A stretch of 64,000 nt of DNA, from contig OX597840.1 in assembly GCA_951406725.2 (NCBI GenBank), forward strand, positions 14,818,001 to 14,882,000. The letters run 5' to 3'. The notes under the pieces were generated by a model. It ran no database searches, had not been told where the DNA came from, and saw only the letters and a program-made list of their open reading frames with translations. Source of the stretch: Octopus vulgaris. Its lineage: Eukaryota. This document shows, piece by piece, positions 1 to 13,309 of this stretch. The translations under genes and the position numbers were made by a program. The stretch's first letter is position 1. Each line of letters starts with the position of its first letter.

Positions 1-45
1 TGTAATTCCCCGAAAATTTTAGACTTTGTTCCTGCAGTAGAAAGG

Positions 46-89
<44 letters not shown>

Positions 90-221
90 GGCAGTGAGCT
101 GGCAGAATTGTTAGCACACTGTCCATCCATTCATCCATCCATCCATCCATACATGCATACATATATACATGCATGCATACAAACGTTTGTGTGTGTGTGT
201 GTGTAGATTGTTTGAAATGGT

Positions 222-260
222 CTTCTGATGAATCTCTGAAACGAGATGGAAGTGCTAAAT
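222..260 (+). ncRNA. Degenerate type-I hammerhead ribozyme-like motif
   Basis: CTGATGA (225-231), hairpin ATCTC-tgaaac-GAGAT, then GGAA in place of GAAA, GTGC, TA; lies next to a (TG)n tract. Confidence 0.35.
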
Positions 261-340
261 AAATAATCATCCAAAATTCTGACTGCCTCCTGTTTCTTAA
301 TATATTTACTATAATGAAAAATGCAGACACATGATCCTAA

Positions 341-1187
341 AATATTTTTAAGTATTTTAACCTGAGAAAGTACAGATCAAGCAATAATTAAGCCTGGAAA
401 AGTACAGGACAAGAAAAAAAAGCTTAAAATGTTACTGCTAAAGTTAGAATTTAAAAACCAAATAGCAATAAATGCCCCGTTATATTTTTTATTTTTACTT
501 AAAAGTCTAAATTAAAATACTCAAGAAGTTATTTTTTTTTCAATTTTAGTGAAAAAACTAATTGTCTGCAAGTTTACACATTAAAAGTTTGATATTACAA
601 ATATATTTAAAAACTGACATTTAAGCAAAATTGACAATTATATCCCCTACAATTTTTTAAAAAAGCTATTTGTTTTTACATTTTGTACTCAATTTGTTCA
701 TTGGCTTTTATTTTTTTAAAATAGTTTTCTTACTGTAAATAGAGAATATTTTATCTCATAATGCAAATGTTAAAGAAATTAATTCTTTTGTTTCTTTAAA
801 AACTTTTTTGAATTACATGTATTTTATATGAATTTAATTTTATAACACAATATCTGTGATTTAAAATTTTTGTATAATGAGAAAAAAAATATAAAAAATG
901 ATATAATACTAGAAATAAGAAAAAAGTTTTAGCTTAATACAAAGAAATTTTAAAATCAAATATATTAACTTATATTTTTAAAAACATTGCAATAAAAAGC
1001 CCAAAAATATAAAAAGCAAAACAGTGCACACACTATTTCATGAACAATTTCAGAAATTTATTTAGTAAATTCTAACTTCAGCAGCAATATTTTATATTTT
1101 AAGTTTTTTTTACTTGCTGTCCTGTACTTTCCCAGCCTTGATTACTGCTTGTTCTGTACTTTTCCTGGTTCAATATTTAAGAATATT
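341..1187. mobile_element. AT-rich foldback/MITE-like element with ~115-bp imperfect terminal inverted repeats
   Basis: 341-452 (aaagtacagatcaagcaataattaagcctggaaaagtacaggac...aagttagaattt) is the reverse complement of 1067-1187. Confidence 0.65.
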
Positions 1188-1963
1188 AGGGCAGCAAGTT
1201 GGCAGAAACATTAGCACACTGGGTGAAATGCTTAGCGGTATTTCGTCTATCTTTACGTTCTGAGTTCAAATTCCACTGAGGTTGACTTTGCTTTTCATCC
1301 TTTCGGGGTTGATAAATTAAGTACCAGTTGCATTGTTTCTTCCTTCTCGAGCCACGCCTGGCTCATTAGGGCTGCTTTCCCTGTTTCCTTGGTGTATAGG
1401 TTCCCCACATGGACGGGACACCAGTCTGTCGCAGGTGAGCTGCAAGATGCAGGAGGAAAGAGCGAGAGAAAGTTGTGGCAAAAAAGTCAGAGAGAAGTTC
1501 GCCATTACCTTCTGCCGGAGCCACATGGAGCTTAGGTGTTTCACTCATAAACACACACATCGCCGGGTCTGAGATTTGAACCCACAATCCCTCGACCGTG
1601 AGTCCGCTGCTCTAACCACTAACATGTGCCTCCACTGCCAGTTGCATAGAGGGGTCGATATAATTGACTGGTCTCCTTCTCCAAAATTTCGGGCCTTGTG
1701 CCTAGAGTAGAAAACAATATTTAAGAATATTAGGGCAGCAAGCTGGCAGAAACATTAGCACACTGTTGGCACATTAGCACACATTAGCACATGCTTGGCA
1801 ATATTTCGTCTGTCTTTACATTCTGAGTTCAAATTCCACTGAGGTTGACTTTGCCTTTCATCCTTTCGGAGTTGATAAATTAAGTACCAGCTGAATACAG
1901 GGGTCAATATAATTGACTGGCGCCCTTAACCAAAATTTCAGGCTTTGTGCCTAGAGTAGAAAA
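1188..1963 (+). mobile_element. Tandem dimer of SINE family A (tRNA-like head, central gcctttcatcctttcggggtcgataaattaagtaccag domain)
   Basis: Copies at 1188-1714 and 1732-1963; the 17-mer caatatttaagaatatt occurs at 1171, 1715 and 1964; many other copies in the window. Confidence 0.85.
1334..1637 (-). mobile_element. SINE family C (tRNA-derived head) nested in SINE A
   Basis: Minus-strand head tggaggcacatg...agtggttagagcagcggactc...gggttcaaatctc; 10-bp TSD ccagttgcat at 1324-1333 and 1638-1647; homologous to 29907-30207. Confidence 0.85.
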
Positions 1964-2935
1964 CAATATTTAAGAATATTCTATGGTACCTTTATAATTG
2001 GAAAAATGATACTTCTGCAAATATTGTTTTAAACACAGGTTTTGTTCAAACTTAGATATTTTGTTTGCAGCATATCTGTTACAAATAAATATATATTTTC
2101 AAACAATTCTTATTATGAAATAGTGTTATATTCTAATCCAATAACAAATATTAGTTTTTTTCATGAGTGTAAGTTTTTATATTGATATGTTTCTAATATG
2201 TACCTGATTCATTTCATAAACAAAATAATAAAAGTTAATATGAAATCGCAAAATATCATAACTATTTTTATGCTTGTGTTTTTTTGACAGGATTTCTATC
2301 AAAATATATCTCTGGTTGAACTCTTTCATTTGAGTTCAAATAATATGATTTTCTGTTAAAAAGACAAATATTTTTAATTTCGTAAAATGATCACCATTTT
2401 TTTTTTTGTCACTGAAAGCCAAACAGCAGTTATTGCAGCTAATATATTTTCACATGGTTTTCACCATAAGATTCTATGTATAGAGCTCTATTATCTAAGC
2501 TAATTCTCGAACACAGAATAGCTGTCAAAACAGCTTAGAAGATTGGCTAAATATGCTTAGAAAATGAGAAAAAATGGCCAGCAAGCCATTATAGAGGATC
2601 CAAACCTTTACCTCACACACTCCAGTTATGCATGCTGTACTATTAAGTGAAGCAACCTTTGATATCAGCCTCTGTCTTTTATAATGATGAATATCTTCAA
2701 ATGACAAAATTATTTTAATTTGTTATTATCTCATCTCAAAATGTAGTGGAAGACTGAACCATTAATGTGAAATAAAATGGTATTCAATCCAGTTGAGAAC
2801 TGAAAGAGTGATGAAACCTAGAAGAGCTTGTGAGTGACTGAAATTTGACCATGAGTGTAGCTTGGTTCATTCAAGTTAATCCATCAGCTGTCTGCAGCAT
2901 TTCTTAAGTTTCTATTGCATTTTCACCCAGTTTAA

Positions 2936-3156
2936 CCCTTTCGTTACCAACCCGGCTGAAACTGCCTCTGGCTCTCTAGTACAAATGTCTTGTTTGCATA
3001 AGTTTTGAATTAAAATCTTCCACTAAACCTTAGTCACAATTTATGTTCCGAACACTAGTTTAATGATAACTAAGTTATTGAAATAAATTCTTTGTTACAT
3101 TTAAAATAATTGAAAGAAACACAGAGCATCTCAACAGAAATATGGTAACAAAAGGG
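2936..3156. mobile_element. piggyBac-type MITE, copy 1
   Basis: TTAA|ccctttcgttacc ... ggtaacaaaaggg|TTAA: CCC-initiated TIRs and TTAA target duplication. Confidence 0.85.
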
Positions 3157-3187
3157 TTAAAATATATAACAGAGAAACAATTCTTAA

Positions 3188-3408
3188 CCCTTTTGATACC
3201 AACCCAACTGTAACAGCCTCTGGCTCTCTAATACAAATGTCTTGTTTTCAAAAGTTCTGAATTAACGTCTTCCACCAAACCTCAGTCACAATTTATGTTC
3301 CTAATACTAGCTTAATGATAACTAAGTTATTGAAATAAATTCTTTGTTACATTTAAAATAATTGAAAAAAACACAGAGCATCTCAAAATGAATACAGTAA
3401 CAAAAGGA
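3188..3408. mobile_element. piggyBac-type MITE, copy 2
   Basis: TTAA|cccttttgatacc ... gtaacaaaagga|TTAA; colinear with 2936-3156. Confidence 0.8.
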
Positions 3409-3779
3409 TTAACACAAAACTTCATTGCAGGGCTTACTTCCGAATCATCTACATGTCTCAACAGCATTCTGCAAAAATAGTCAGCTGACACAAGCAGTGT
3501 TCAAAGTGCCATTGCAGTTGTCTTCTCCAATCTGTCATAACAAAAGCTGGCAAATCAACTTATTAGATAAATAGTAATTATTTGCTACAATTACAATAAT
3601 CAAGAATGATTTTTTAACTGCCTCTCTGCAAAAATCAAAAGTCTCAAACTTGGAATGCACCTTGTGTGTGTATGTGTGTGTGTGTGTGGGGGGAATTATA
3701 TGAACTTTTCAAAACTTTTGCCTAAATATGGTAGATATCCCATGCGAGACAAAAGATGTATCATGACAGATGTATCTTC

Positions 3780-4319
3780 TTTTCTTTCTCTGTATGCGCA
3801 TCTCTCTCTCCCTCTCTCTCTGTCCCTTCCCTATCTCTGTCTTTCACACACTCTCTCTCTCCCCCTCGCTCTCCCACACTCTCTCTCACTTTCCTTATCT
3901 CTCTCACTCTTTCCACTCCCTCTCCCTCTCACTCTCCTTATCTCTCTCCCTTCTTATCTTTGTCTTTCACACACACTCTCTCCTCCACACTCTCTCCCTC
4001 TCTCTTTCCCTTTGCCTCTCGCTAAAATTATGTATTCTATCCATGGCATTAACATAAGCATCACCTCTGCTGCTACTACAGCCCCAACCACCTAAACAAC
4101 TCAATGATACCACCACCACCACCACCACCACTGTTACTATTAGTAACACTACTACTAATACTAACAATATCAAATAATGTGTATATCTATCTGTGTGTGA
4201 GTATCTATGTGTTTGTATGTATATATATATATATGTGTGTGTGTGTTTATATGTATATATATATATATATGTGTGTGTGTTTATATGTATATATATGTGT
4301 ATGTGTGTGTGTATATATT

Positions 4320-4385
<66 letters not shown>

Positions 4386-5110
4386 AGAGTGTGTGTGTAT
4401 AGAAATATGTGTATAAATATATATATATATATATATAGATGTAAGTCTATCTCTGGTGGGATGTGTATAAGTAAGAAGTTTCCAACTCATTGGTGTGTAG
4501 AAATAACTTGATTAGATTGGATCCTTTTACAATGCGGAAGGTGGGTAGAGTAGGAGTGATGGTTGTGGTGGTGGTGGTGGTGTCATGTGGAGGTTGGTGT
4601 TCTGGGGCAGTTTTGGTTCTACTGCAGGCTTTGTCTGCACTGTGTGTCACGGACGTGACCAGAGCAAGTGGGGTGGTGGTCATGGTAGTGTTGTCTGGTT
4701 TGGTTAGTGTTGGCTATGCGGTGGATGGTCATGGCTGGCAGTTGTTGTGATGGCTGTAACAGTGGGGGTGATGTTGAGGGTGATGGTGGTCGGGTCGAAG
4801 GTCGTGGTGGTACTGACGTTGACTGTGTTGTTGGTTGTGATGTTGATGGGATTGGTGGAGATGGTGGTTGCAGTGACTGTAGTATGTAGTGGTGCTGCTG
4901 CTGCCAGTGATGAGGTTAGTGTGATAGTAAAACTAGTGTCATCACTGTTGTTGTTGCAGTTGGAACCATTTTGATTGTTGATGCTGTTTTCAGTGTTCTT
5001 GTTGTAGTTGTTACGAATAAAGCTCTCTCTAAAATTCTTGTTGCTTTTGTAGTTGTTGCTGTTGTTATTGATGGAACTACAGCTACACTTGTTGTTGTTG
5101 TTGTTGTAAT
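3780..5110. repeat. Low-complexity block: CT-rich, (TA/TG)n, then degenerate (GTG)/(GTT)n
   Basis: Direct inspection; the ORFs here are compositional artefacts. Confidence 0.8.
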
Positions 5111-5299
5111 CCAATTTCCCATGAGATTCAGAAAAAAAATTTCTTATATTTTATTTCTTTTATTTATTTCGTTTATTCTTATGTAGGGTTGGTGGGGGGA
5201 GTCGGTGGTGGGTGGTGGGGCGATTACCTGAGTGAAAATATGTTTCAGATGTTACAGTTTCTAGAAATTGGGGTCATTAGACACACCCTGTTGCACACA

Positions 5300-5540
5300 C
5301 ACACACACACTCATTCAATAATATACACCTTTCACACACTTTTACACACACATCACATACAATATATATATATATACTCCCACGCACACCACTACATTCA
5401 CATACATACACACACACATACACACTCATTCAATAATATACACCTTTCACACACTTTTACACACACATCACATACAATATATATATATATACTCCCACGC
5501 ACACCACTACATTCACATACATACACACACACACACACAC
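5300..5540. repeat. Tandem duplication of a ~118-bp CA-rich unit
   Basis: ctcattcaataatatacacctttcacacacttttac...actcccacgcacaccactacattcacatac occurs twice head-to-tail. Confidence 0.85.
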
Positions 5541-6116
5541 TACATGCTCACATTCTGATTTAGTCATTCACATGTATTTCAACAGCTTTTCAGATACATA
5601 CATATATAAACATACATACATAAATGTCTATGACTAAACCTTAATGTATGTGCATGAATGTGTATACACACTCACACACTAACACACTTTATATTTATAT
5701 GTTTCTATTTTTATTTCTGCATGCCTTCTGTCCCATAATCCTCTCTGGCGCAAAAAAGTAAATGCAATTTTATCTATGGATAGCTTAGGTTACATTTCTA
5801 AGCGTGTGTATGTGTATACATATATATGTGTATGTATGCATGTGTATACACGTGTATATATATATATATGTATGTATGTATACATATATTTATATATGCA
5901 TATGTATACATATACGTATATATGTATATGTATACATATATGTATATATGTATACGTATATATGTATATGTATACATATATGTATATATGTATATGTATA
6001 TACACATGTATATATATATATATATGTATATGTATATGGCCATGTACGCACACACAAACAGGTACTTATATATCTGTCAATCTATCAATTTGTCCAACAA
6101 TGGATGTATATATGTA

Positions 6117-6366
<250 letters not shown>

Positions 6367-6390
6367 TATATATATATTTATATATATATA

Positions 6391-6424
<34 letters not shown>

Positions 6425-6443
6425 ATATAATATATATACATAC

Positions 6444-6478
<35 letters not shown>

Positions 6479-6510
6479 CATACATACATATATATATATA
6501 TATACATACA

Positions 6511-6685
6511 TACATATATGTATGTATACATACACATACATACATATATGTATGTATACATACACATACATACATATATGTATGTATACATACACATACA
6601 TACATATATGTATGTATACATACACATACATACATATATGTATGTATACATACACATACATACATATATGTATGTATACATACAC
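6511..6685. repeat. 30-bp minisatellite, ~5.8 near-identical units
   Basis: Unit tacatatatgtatgtatacatacacataca. Confidence 0.9.
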
Positions 6686-6702
6686 ACACATACATATATA
6701 TG

Positions 6703-7085
6703 ATGGCTGTGTGGTAAGAAGCTTGCTTACTAACCACATGGTTCCAGGTTCAGTCCCACTGCATGGCACCTTGGGCAAGTGTCTTATACTATAGCTTTGG
6801 TCTGACCAAAGCCTTGTGAGTGGATTTGGTAGACGGAAACTGAAAGAAGCCCGTCATATATGTGTGTGTATGCTTGTTGTTTGTGCCTGTGTTTGTTCTT
6901 CCCCATCGTTTGACAACCGATGCTGGTGTGTTTACATCCCTGTCACTCAGTGGTTCGGCAAAGAAAGACCAATAGAACAAGTAGAAGGCTTACAAAGAAT
7001 ACGACCTGTGGTTGATTTGTTTGACTAAAGGCAGTGCTCCAGCATGGCTTCAGTCAAATGACTGAAAGAAGTAAAAGAATATAAG
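6703..7085 (+). mobile_element. SINE family B (bipartite: tRNA-like head, internal microsatellite, 3' half)
   Basis: ggctgtgtggtaagaagcttgcttac...gttcagtcccact...ccttgggcaagtgtc ... ctccagcatggc...gactgaaa; more than ten copies in the window. Confidence 0.85.
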
Positions 7086-7105
7086 AATACACACACACAG
7101 ACTCT

Positions 7106-7190
<85 letters not shown>

Positions 7191-8701
7191 GTATATATAT
7201 GTATATATATATGCACACACACACACACACATATATATGAGAGAGAGAGAAAAATACACACATATATATACATACAAATGCATGCATACAAACACACGCA
7301 TTCATATATACATATGTATACACACATACAGCTTATAATTGGCATCAGGCTGTTCTATTTATTTCCTACACACTTATGATTGCTGTCATGTGTGTATATA
7401 TGGAGCACAAAGTAAATATGCCATGTTTAATGTTGTACATCATTGCTTCAGAGCATAAAATGAGGAATTCTGCTCTGTATCATGACAATATACCATTATG
7501 CACACACATACACACATACACACACATACATCCTGACATATATACCTGCATGTGTGTGTGTGTGTGTGTGTGTGTGCTGACATACATATATATCAATACA
7601 TGCACAAACACTCAAGCATCATCATCATCATCATCATCACCATCCTCATTTTAATGCCCTCTTTTCCGTGCTTGCATTGGTCAGTCAAAATCTCTTGAAG
7701 CAGATTTTCTAAGGATGACTACACACACATTTCCACACACACACACACATACACATATACATGCATGCATCTTTACACACACACACATTTCCACACACAC
7801 AGACACATGCAACACACACATACATTAACACATGCATGTCTATATACACACACATACTCTCTCACAGAACTCTGTACACCTGTATGTACTTTTGCATATT
7901 TCAAAAGCTTTAGTAAAGAAAAATTTTGATTGTTGCACTTTTGCTTCTCCTCTTCCTCCATGTTCTTCTTCTTTCTTTCCTTCTTCTTCTTCTTCTTCCT
8001 TTCTTTCTTTCCTTCTTCTTCTTTCTTTCTTTCTTTCTTTCCTTCTTCTTCTTCTTTTTTCGTTCTTTCCTTCTTCTTCTTCTTCTTACTTCTTCTTCTT
8101 CTCAAAAGACTTCCAACTTTGTGCCATGTTTTTCTTCTTCTCTATCAGCAAAAGATTTCACTTTGCTTCCCAATAATCAATAAACTTCCCTTGGTTTGAT
8201 GAAATCGATGATGACATGAAGGCATGGTGGGTGTGGTGGGGGGGTATATAAAAACAAAATCAACCACAATAAAAAAAATATATAAATATATATAACTTAG
8301 AAACTCTTTATTAAACGAGGTCATGTGATTCGTTAACGAAGATGATGAACCTGGTGAAATGAACCACACTTCTGGAACTGTGCATTTGCGATGACAAGCA
8401 TGAATGGGTGTATATATATGTATGTGAGTGTATATATATGTGCATCATGGAAGCTATACTACCATACTTATATATATAAACATATATGTATGTATGTGTG
8501 TATATATGCATGTATGTATGGATATACCCACATATATACTTGTAGAGTCACAGATATATGGATACATTTCTAAGCATCTCATTAAACTCAGTGCATAATC
8601 ACACATGTATATATGTGTATATTTGTGTGTGTACATCCACATATATATATACATACATATATGTATGTATGTATGTGTGTGTGTGTGTGTGTGTGTACGT
8701 G

Positions 8702-8757
<56 letters not shown>

Positions 8758-9519
8758 TATGTATGTATGTGTATATATTTGTATACACACACATACATAT
8801 ATACATATGTGTGTGTGTGTGTCTGTATGTGTATGTATGCTTCAGTATTTCCATTTTCTTTCTCCTGTTCTAATCTACTTTCATCTCAGGAGACAGAAAA
8901 AAAAGATAAAAGTTCACGCATTACAACATTGTGAGTGTGAGACGATACCTATCTATGTTCCCTTCCAATTCCCTTATCCTCCCCTCCACCTCCTCCTCGT
9001 CCTACTACTACTACTACTATTTGTAATGATTGACAATGACAACACCGATGATGGTGTTGATGTGATGACGGTGATGTTGATGACTATGGTAAAGAGGGTG
9101 AAGAGGTGGTAGAAGAGAAAGAGGAGGAGGATTTCTGCCACCGTCTCACCTAATGGAATCAACCTTAATAAGAGAACTTTACCATTTCTCGTATTCCATT
9201 ATTCTTACCACATTTCCAGTCAGTGCAGGAACCTCCACATGATTTTTCATCTCCAAGAAATTGCAACCAAATCTCCCTCAATCTTCCCTAACAGCTCCAT
9301 ACCTGTCTTAAAACTACATATGGAGCTGTTTTGCTTAGTAATTAGGGTTTATGACTCCGAGTTTGTAAAATCATGGTTTCAATTCCCAGACCAGACAGTG
9401 TGTTGCTCCAATTCACTCTAATAAAAATGAGTACCAGTAACAGGCTGGGGTTAACCTTGTAATGGATGGTTGTTCCATTCAGTGGTGGTGGTAGTGGTGG
9501 GGTACTATATTCTCATTTG

Positions 9520-9862
9520 AAGGTGGCAAGCTGGCAGAAATGTTAGTATGCCGGGAGAAATGCTTAGTGGTACTTCGTCTGCCGTTACATTCTGAGTTCA
9601 AATTCCGCTGAGGTTGACTTTGCCTTTCATTCTTTTGGGATAAAGTAAGTACCAGTTATGCACTAGAGTCGATGTAATCGACTTAATCCCTTTGTCTGTC
9701 CTAGTTTGTCCCCTCTATGTTTAGTCCCTTGTGGGCAATAAAGAAATAAGAAATGTTAGCTTGCCTGGCGAAATGCTTAGCAGTATTTCATCTGTCTTTT
9801 CGTTCTGAGTTGAAATTCCAACAAGGTTAACTTTTCCTTTCATCCTTTCACGGTCGATAGAT
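9520..9862 (+). mobile_element. SINE family A composite
   Basis: aggtggcaagctggcagaaatgttag...ttctgagttcaaattcc...gcctttcat, followed by a second partial unit. Confidence 0.8.
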
Positions 9863-9863
9863 T

Positions 9864-10235
9864 AAGGCTCATACAGGCAGTGGGACCTGTAAGAATTCCT
9901 GTTTGGTGTACGCAGCAGAATGCACCAAGCACAACTGGATTTATGTTGGTGGCAGTACAGAACAATTAAAATATGTGATGGACATAGGTATAACCTGAGG
10001 TAAAATAACATCATTTCAACGGAACTTGATGAACATTTTACTTCAAAGAACAACTAAATTTGAGGAATACCTGATAGTAAACATTCCCAGAAAAATATAT
10101 ACTGACCTCATTGTAATTTCAGTCCTTAAAACACACGAGGAGAAATATATTTGTGAATTACTAATGTCAAGCTTTGGAGGAATGAAGAAAATTACAGGAG
10201 AATTGCTTCAGATTTACACAAAAGATTTTTCACTC
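9864..10235 (+). pseudogene. Frameshifted GIY-YIG endonuclease remnant of a Penelope-like element
   Basis: Translation across frameshifts: TCKNSCLVYAAECTKHNWIYVGGSTEQLK / GHRYNLR*NNIISTELDEHF / LKTHEEKYICELLMSSFGGMK; fits the PLE GIY-YIG pattern C..VY...C....YVG....L.....HR....L..HF....E...I..L.....GMN. Confidence 0.75.
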
Positions 10236-10304
10236 TTCTGTTTCCTGCATTCTTTTTCTTCTTTTTTGTTTTCTTTTATTCTTGTTATCAATTATGAACA
10301 AGTG

Positions 10305-10355
10305 AAACTTGATGATGTCGTTTCGTCCAAAAACGGAAGGCAGAAAATTCCAGTT
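10305..10355 (+). ncRNA. Degenerate hammerhead-like motif just downstream of the GIY-YIG remnant
   Basis: aac-TTGATGA-tgtc-gtttcgt-ccaaaa-acggaa-ggca-GAAA-attcca-gtt. Confidence 0.45.
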
Positions 10356-10394
10356 GAAATTTTGATTTTCTGTACTACTGTGTATTTTTTGTTT

Positions 10395-10800
10395 TCCAAC
10401 TTGAACTTGAAGAGGGTAGGTGTCTTGTCTCATCTTTGTCACCATATTATACCTTGAAGGGTCATGGGGGCAAAGACCTCAAACACACCTTCCATTGGGT
10501 CCCATCAAAAGCATCCATCTCCAATTGATTTGGTTGAGTCCCTAAGCAAGACCAACCAAGTTTGTGGATGTTATTCAACCATCTCCTCATGCCCTACTCC
10601 TATATCTCCTATAACTTGGTTTTCTCCATAAAACCTGTCTAGTGATTCTTTCCTGAGACATTCTTACCACATGTCTGTAGTATCAGAGCTGTGATTTCTC
10701 AGTTGGGAGAAATAGCAGCCCTACCTGGAGCACCTCTCTGACCTCTGAGCTATGCATCCTGTTGAGTAATATTTCTCCAAAGACCCTATGGATATGCACT
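10395..10800 (-). mobile_element. RTE-clade LINE 3' fragment (post-RT region)
   Basis: Minus translation EKSQL*YYRHVVRMSQERITRQVLWRKPSYRRYRSR resembles the RTE LRWxGHVxRM...RPRGRP motif. Confidence 0.65.
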
Positions 10801-11340
10801 TAATAGGTTTGCAACTGTGTGCTGCCTGGTAAGAATAATAACCAATGCTGCAAAGACTAAGACAATTATCCTCTCAAGGAAGCCTGCACAACACCATTCT
10901 ATATGTGAATGGAACATGTAGAATGCATTGTGCATGTGGAGCAGTTCAATAATCTAAGGGTTATTTTCACAAGTTATGGAAGACATGAGGCTGAATTAAG
11001 TGCAAGGATTACGGAATCTGGTGTAGTTTATTTTTATTTATGCGTCCTTTTCAAGACTAGCCAGGATCACGGGCCTGGTTTCTCAGTTTCTATGGTGTAT
11101 GTGTTCCTCCAAGCTGGACGGGACACCAGTCCATTGCAGCATTACTCAAGAAACAGGAAGAAAGAGTGAGAGATAAGAAAACCAAACTCTCTATCTTCAA
11201 TTTGGTGCTTGAACCTATCCCTGCTGATGCTCATGAATCTTGAGTAATGACTGACAGAAAACAATCACGAAGACAAATATTCTGTTGAAATATTGTTCAG
11301 TTCAATAATACCTTTGTGAAATACTATGCCAATCTTCATA

Positions 11341-11720
11341 AGTGGCTGTGTGGTAAGTAGCTTGCTTACCAACCATATGGTTCCGGGTTCAGTCCCACTG
11401 CGTGGCACCTTGGGCAAGTGTCTTCTACTATAGCCTTAGGCCGAACAAAGCCTTGTGAGTGGATTTAGTAGATGGAAACTGATAGAAGTCTGTCGTGTAT
11501 ATATATGTGTGTGTGTGTGTGTGTGTTTGTCCCCACTACATCACTTGACAACCAATGCTGGTGTGTTTACATCCCCATAACTTAGCAGTTTGGCAAAAGA
11601 GATCAATAGAACAAGTACCAGGCTTACAAAGAATAAGTCCTGGGGTCGATTTGCTCAACTGAAGGCAGTGCTCCAGCATGGCCACAGTCACATGACTGAA
11701 ACAAGTAATAGAAAAGACAG
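11341..11720 (+). mobile_element. SINE family B
   Basis: Full-length match to 6703-7085 and 38071-38495. Confidence 0.85.
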
Positions 11721-11804
11721 AAAGAATTGCATTGTGCTGTTAGTGTGGACTTACCTTTGTGAAATACTATGTCAATCTTCATAAATTATTAATATAGATA
11801 ATGA

Positions 11805-12247
11805 TATTGGTCTCAAACTTTGGCACTGGGCCAACAATTTCAGAGGAGGGGTTCAGTCGTTTCTATTATTGTTGATGCTTGAAGGATACTTATTTTGTTG
11901 ACCTAGAAAGAATGAAAGGTATTTCGGTGCAAATTTTAATTCAAAACATAAAGAAGAACAATACACTGTTAAGCGTTCTGACTCTAATAATTCTGTCAGC
12001 TCACTGCCTTTAAAATAATAATAATAAAAATACTTTCTACTGGAAGCAGAAGGCCTCAAATATGGGGGAAGGGATTAAGTCAATTACATCGACCCCAGTG
12101 CATAACTGGTACTTATTTAATCAACCCCAAAAGGATGAAAGGCAAAGTTGACCTTGGTGGAATTTGAACTCAGAATGTAGCGACAGGTAAAATACTGCTT
12201 AGCATTTTGTCCGGCATGCTAACAATACTGCCTGCTCAACACCTTCA
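11805..12247 (-). mobile_element. Two SINE A-related copies beside (TAA)n
   Basis: ctggtacttatttaatcaaccccaaaaggatgaaaggcaaagttgaccttggtggaatttgaactcagaa is the reverse complement of the family A core. Confidence 0.75.
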
Positions 12248-12299
12248 ATAATAACAACAACAACAACAACAACAATAATAATAATAATAATGATAATAG

Positions 12300-12820
12300 T
12301 AATCAAAAGATGACATGAAAGTGTGACAAGAATGATCCATTGGGAGCTCTGTGGAAATCACAGCCTACAAAGAGCAAAGACATGGTATGAACAAACCCCA
12401 GAAGGAATCACTGAAAATGAGAATTACAAAATCCTGTGGGATGCAATAATTCAGACATCAGAAACTGGACATTGTTGTGATTAAAAACAGAAGAACATGA
12501 ATGATAATCGATATAGCATGCCCCAGTGACAAGAGGATCAAGGTGAAAGAAGAAAAAAAAACAAAACAACTATGACGATTTAAAGTGGGAAATCCGAAGG
12601 TTGTAGTCAATGAATAGATTAGACAAGATAGTAATTGGATGAAAAAGATAGGTGCAATTGTGAAGGTAGAAACTTAGAAAAATCAGCATTGCTTGGAACT
12701 GCAAGAATTCTTCACAGGGTTCTTGAAGCATGACCAGTTAACAAGCATCACCTTAGTCTGCTAGCTGTGGACAGCTGACACTTACCACCATACCCAGCAA
12801 AATAAGTTGTGAGTTTTCAT
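12300..12820 (+). mobile_element. R4/Dong-like LINE 3' fragment (restriction-like endonuclease), decayed
   Basis: MIHWELCG...WYEQTPEGITENENYKILWD...IIDIACP...SALLGTARIL; flanked by (TAA)n. Confidence 0.8.
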
Positions 12821-12832
12821 ATAATAATGATA

Positions 12833-13280
12833 ATACTTGTAGACTAATGGATGCAAATGTTCCCACTGATAAAAAAATATCTGTAAAGGAATTTCACAAA
12901 TTAAGTAAATATAAGGACCAGGAAATTGAAATACAAAAGATGTGGCATCTTAAAGCAAGAATTGTTCCTGTTATTGTGGGTGCCCTAGATATGATAATAA
13001 AAAGCAAGGATGTCAGGTACATCTAGATAATATCCCAGGAGAACCATGTCTTAGAGAAATCCAAAAGATTGTGCTGACAAGTGCTGCCCACATCCTTAGA
13101 AAAACCCTATTGATTCAAATGTCTGTGTTGTATTACATGAAGATATTTCACTACCACCCCTGCCACTTCCCCTCCACAAGCTTTCAATTATACTATTACA
13201 TTTCTTATCCGTCACTCGCCCTAGGATGCTGGGTGTGTCTTAGTAAATGATTGTAACAAACATGCAGATTAAAAGTAAAT
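12833..13280 (+). mobile_element. R4/Dong-like LINE 3' fragment, second subfamily
   Basis: CRLMDANVPTDKKISVKEFHKLSKYKDQEIEIQKMWHLKARIVPVIVGAL...EIQKIVLTSAAHILRK; ends in (TAA)n. Confidence 0.8.
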
Positions 13281-13309
13281 AATAATAATGATAATAATAA
13301 TAATAATAA

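Noticed and set aside
4447-5186. Thr/Asn/Val-rich mucin-like ORFs (also 25617-26125)
   Set aside because: Degenerate trinucleotide low-complexity DNA open in several frames; no domain or splice evidence
7773-8199. Lys/Glu-rich and Phe/Leu-rich ORFs
   Set aside because: (CTT)/(CTTT)n repeats
10026-10457. 143-aa ORF as a host gene
   Set aside because: One frame of the decayed GIY-YIG domain reading through into non-coding sequence
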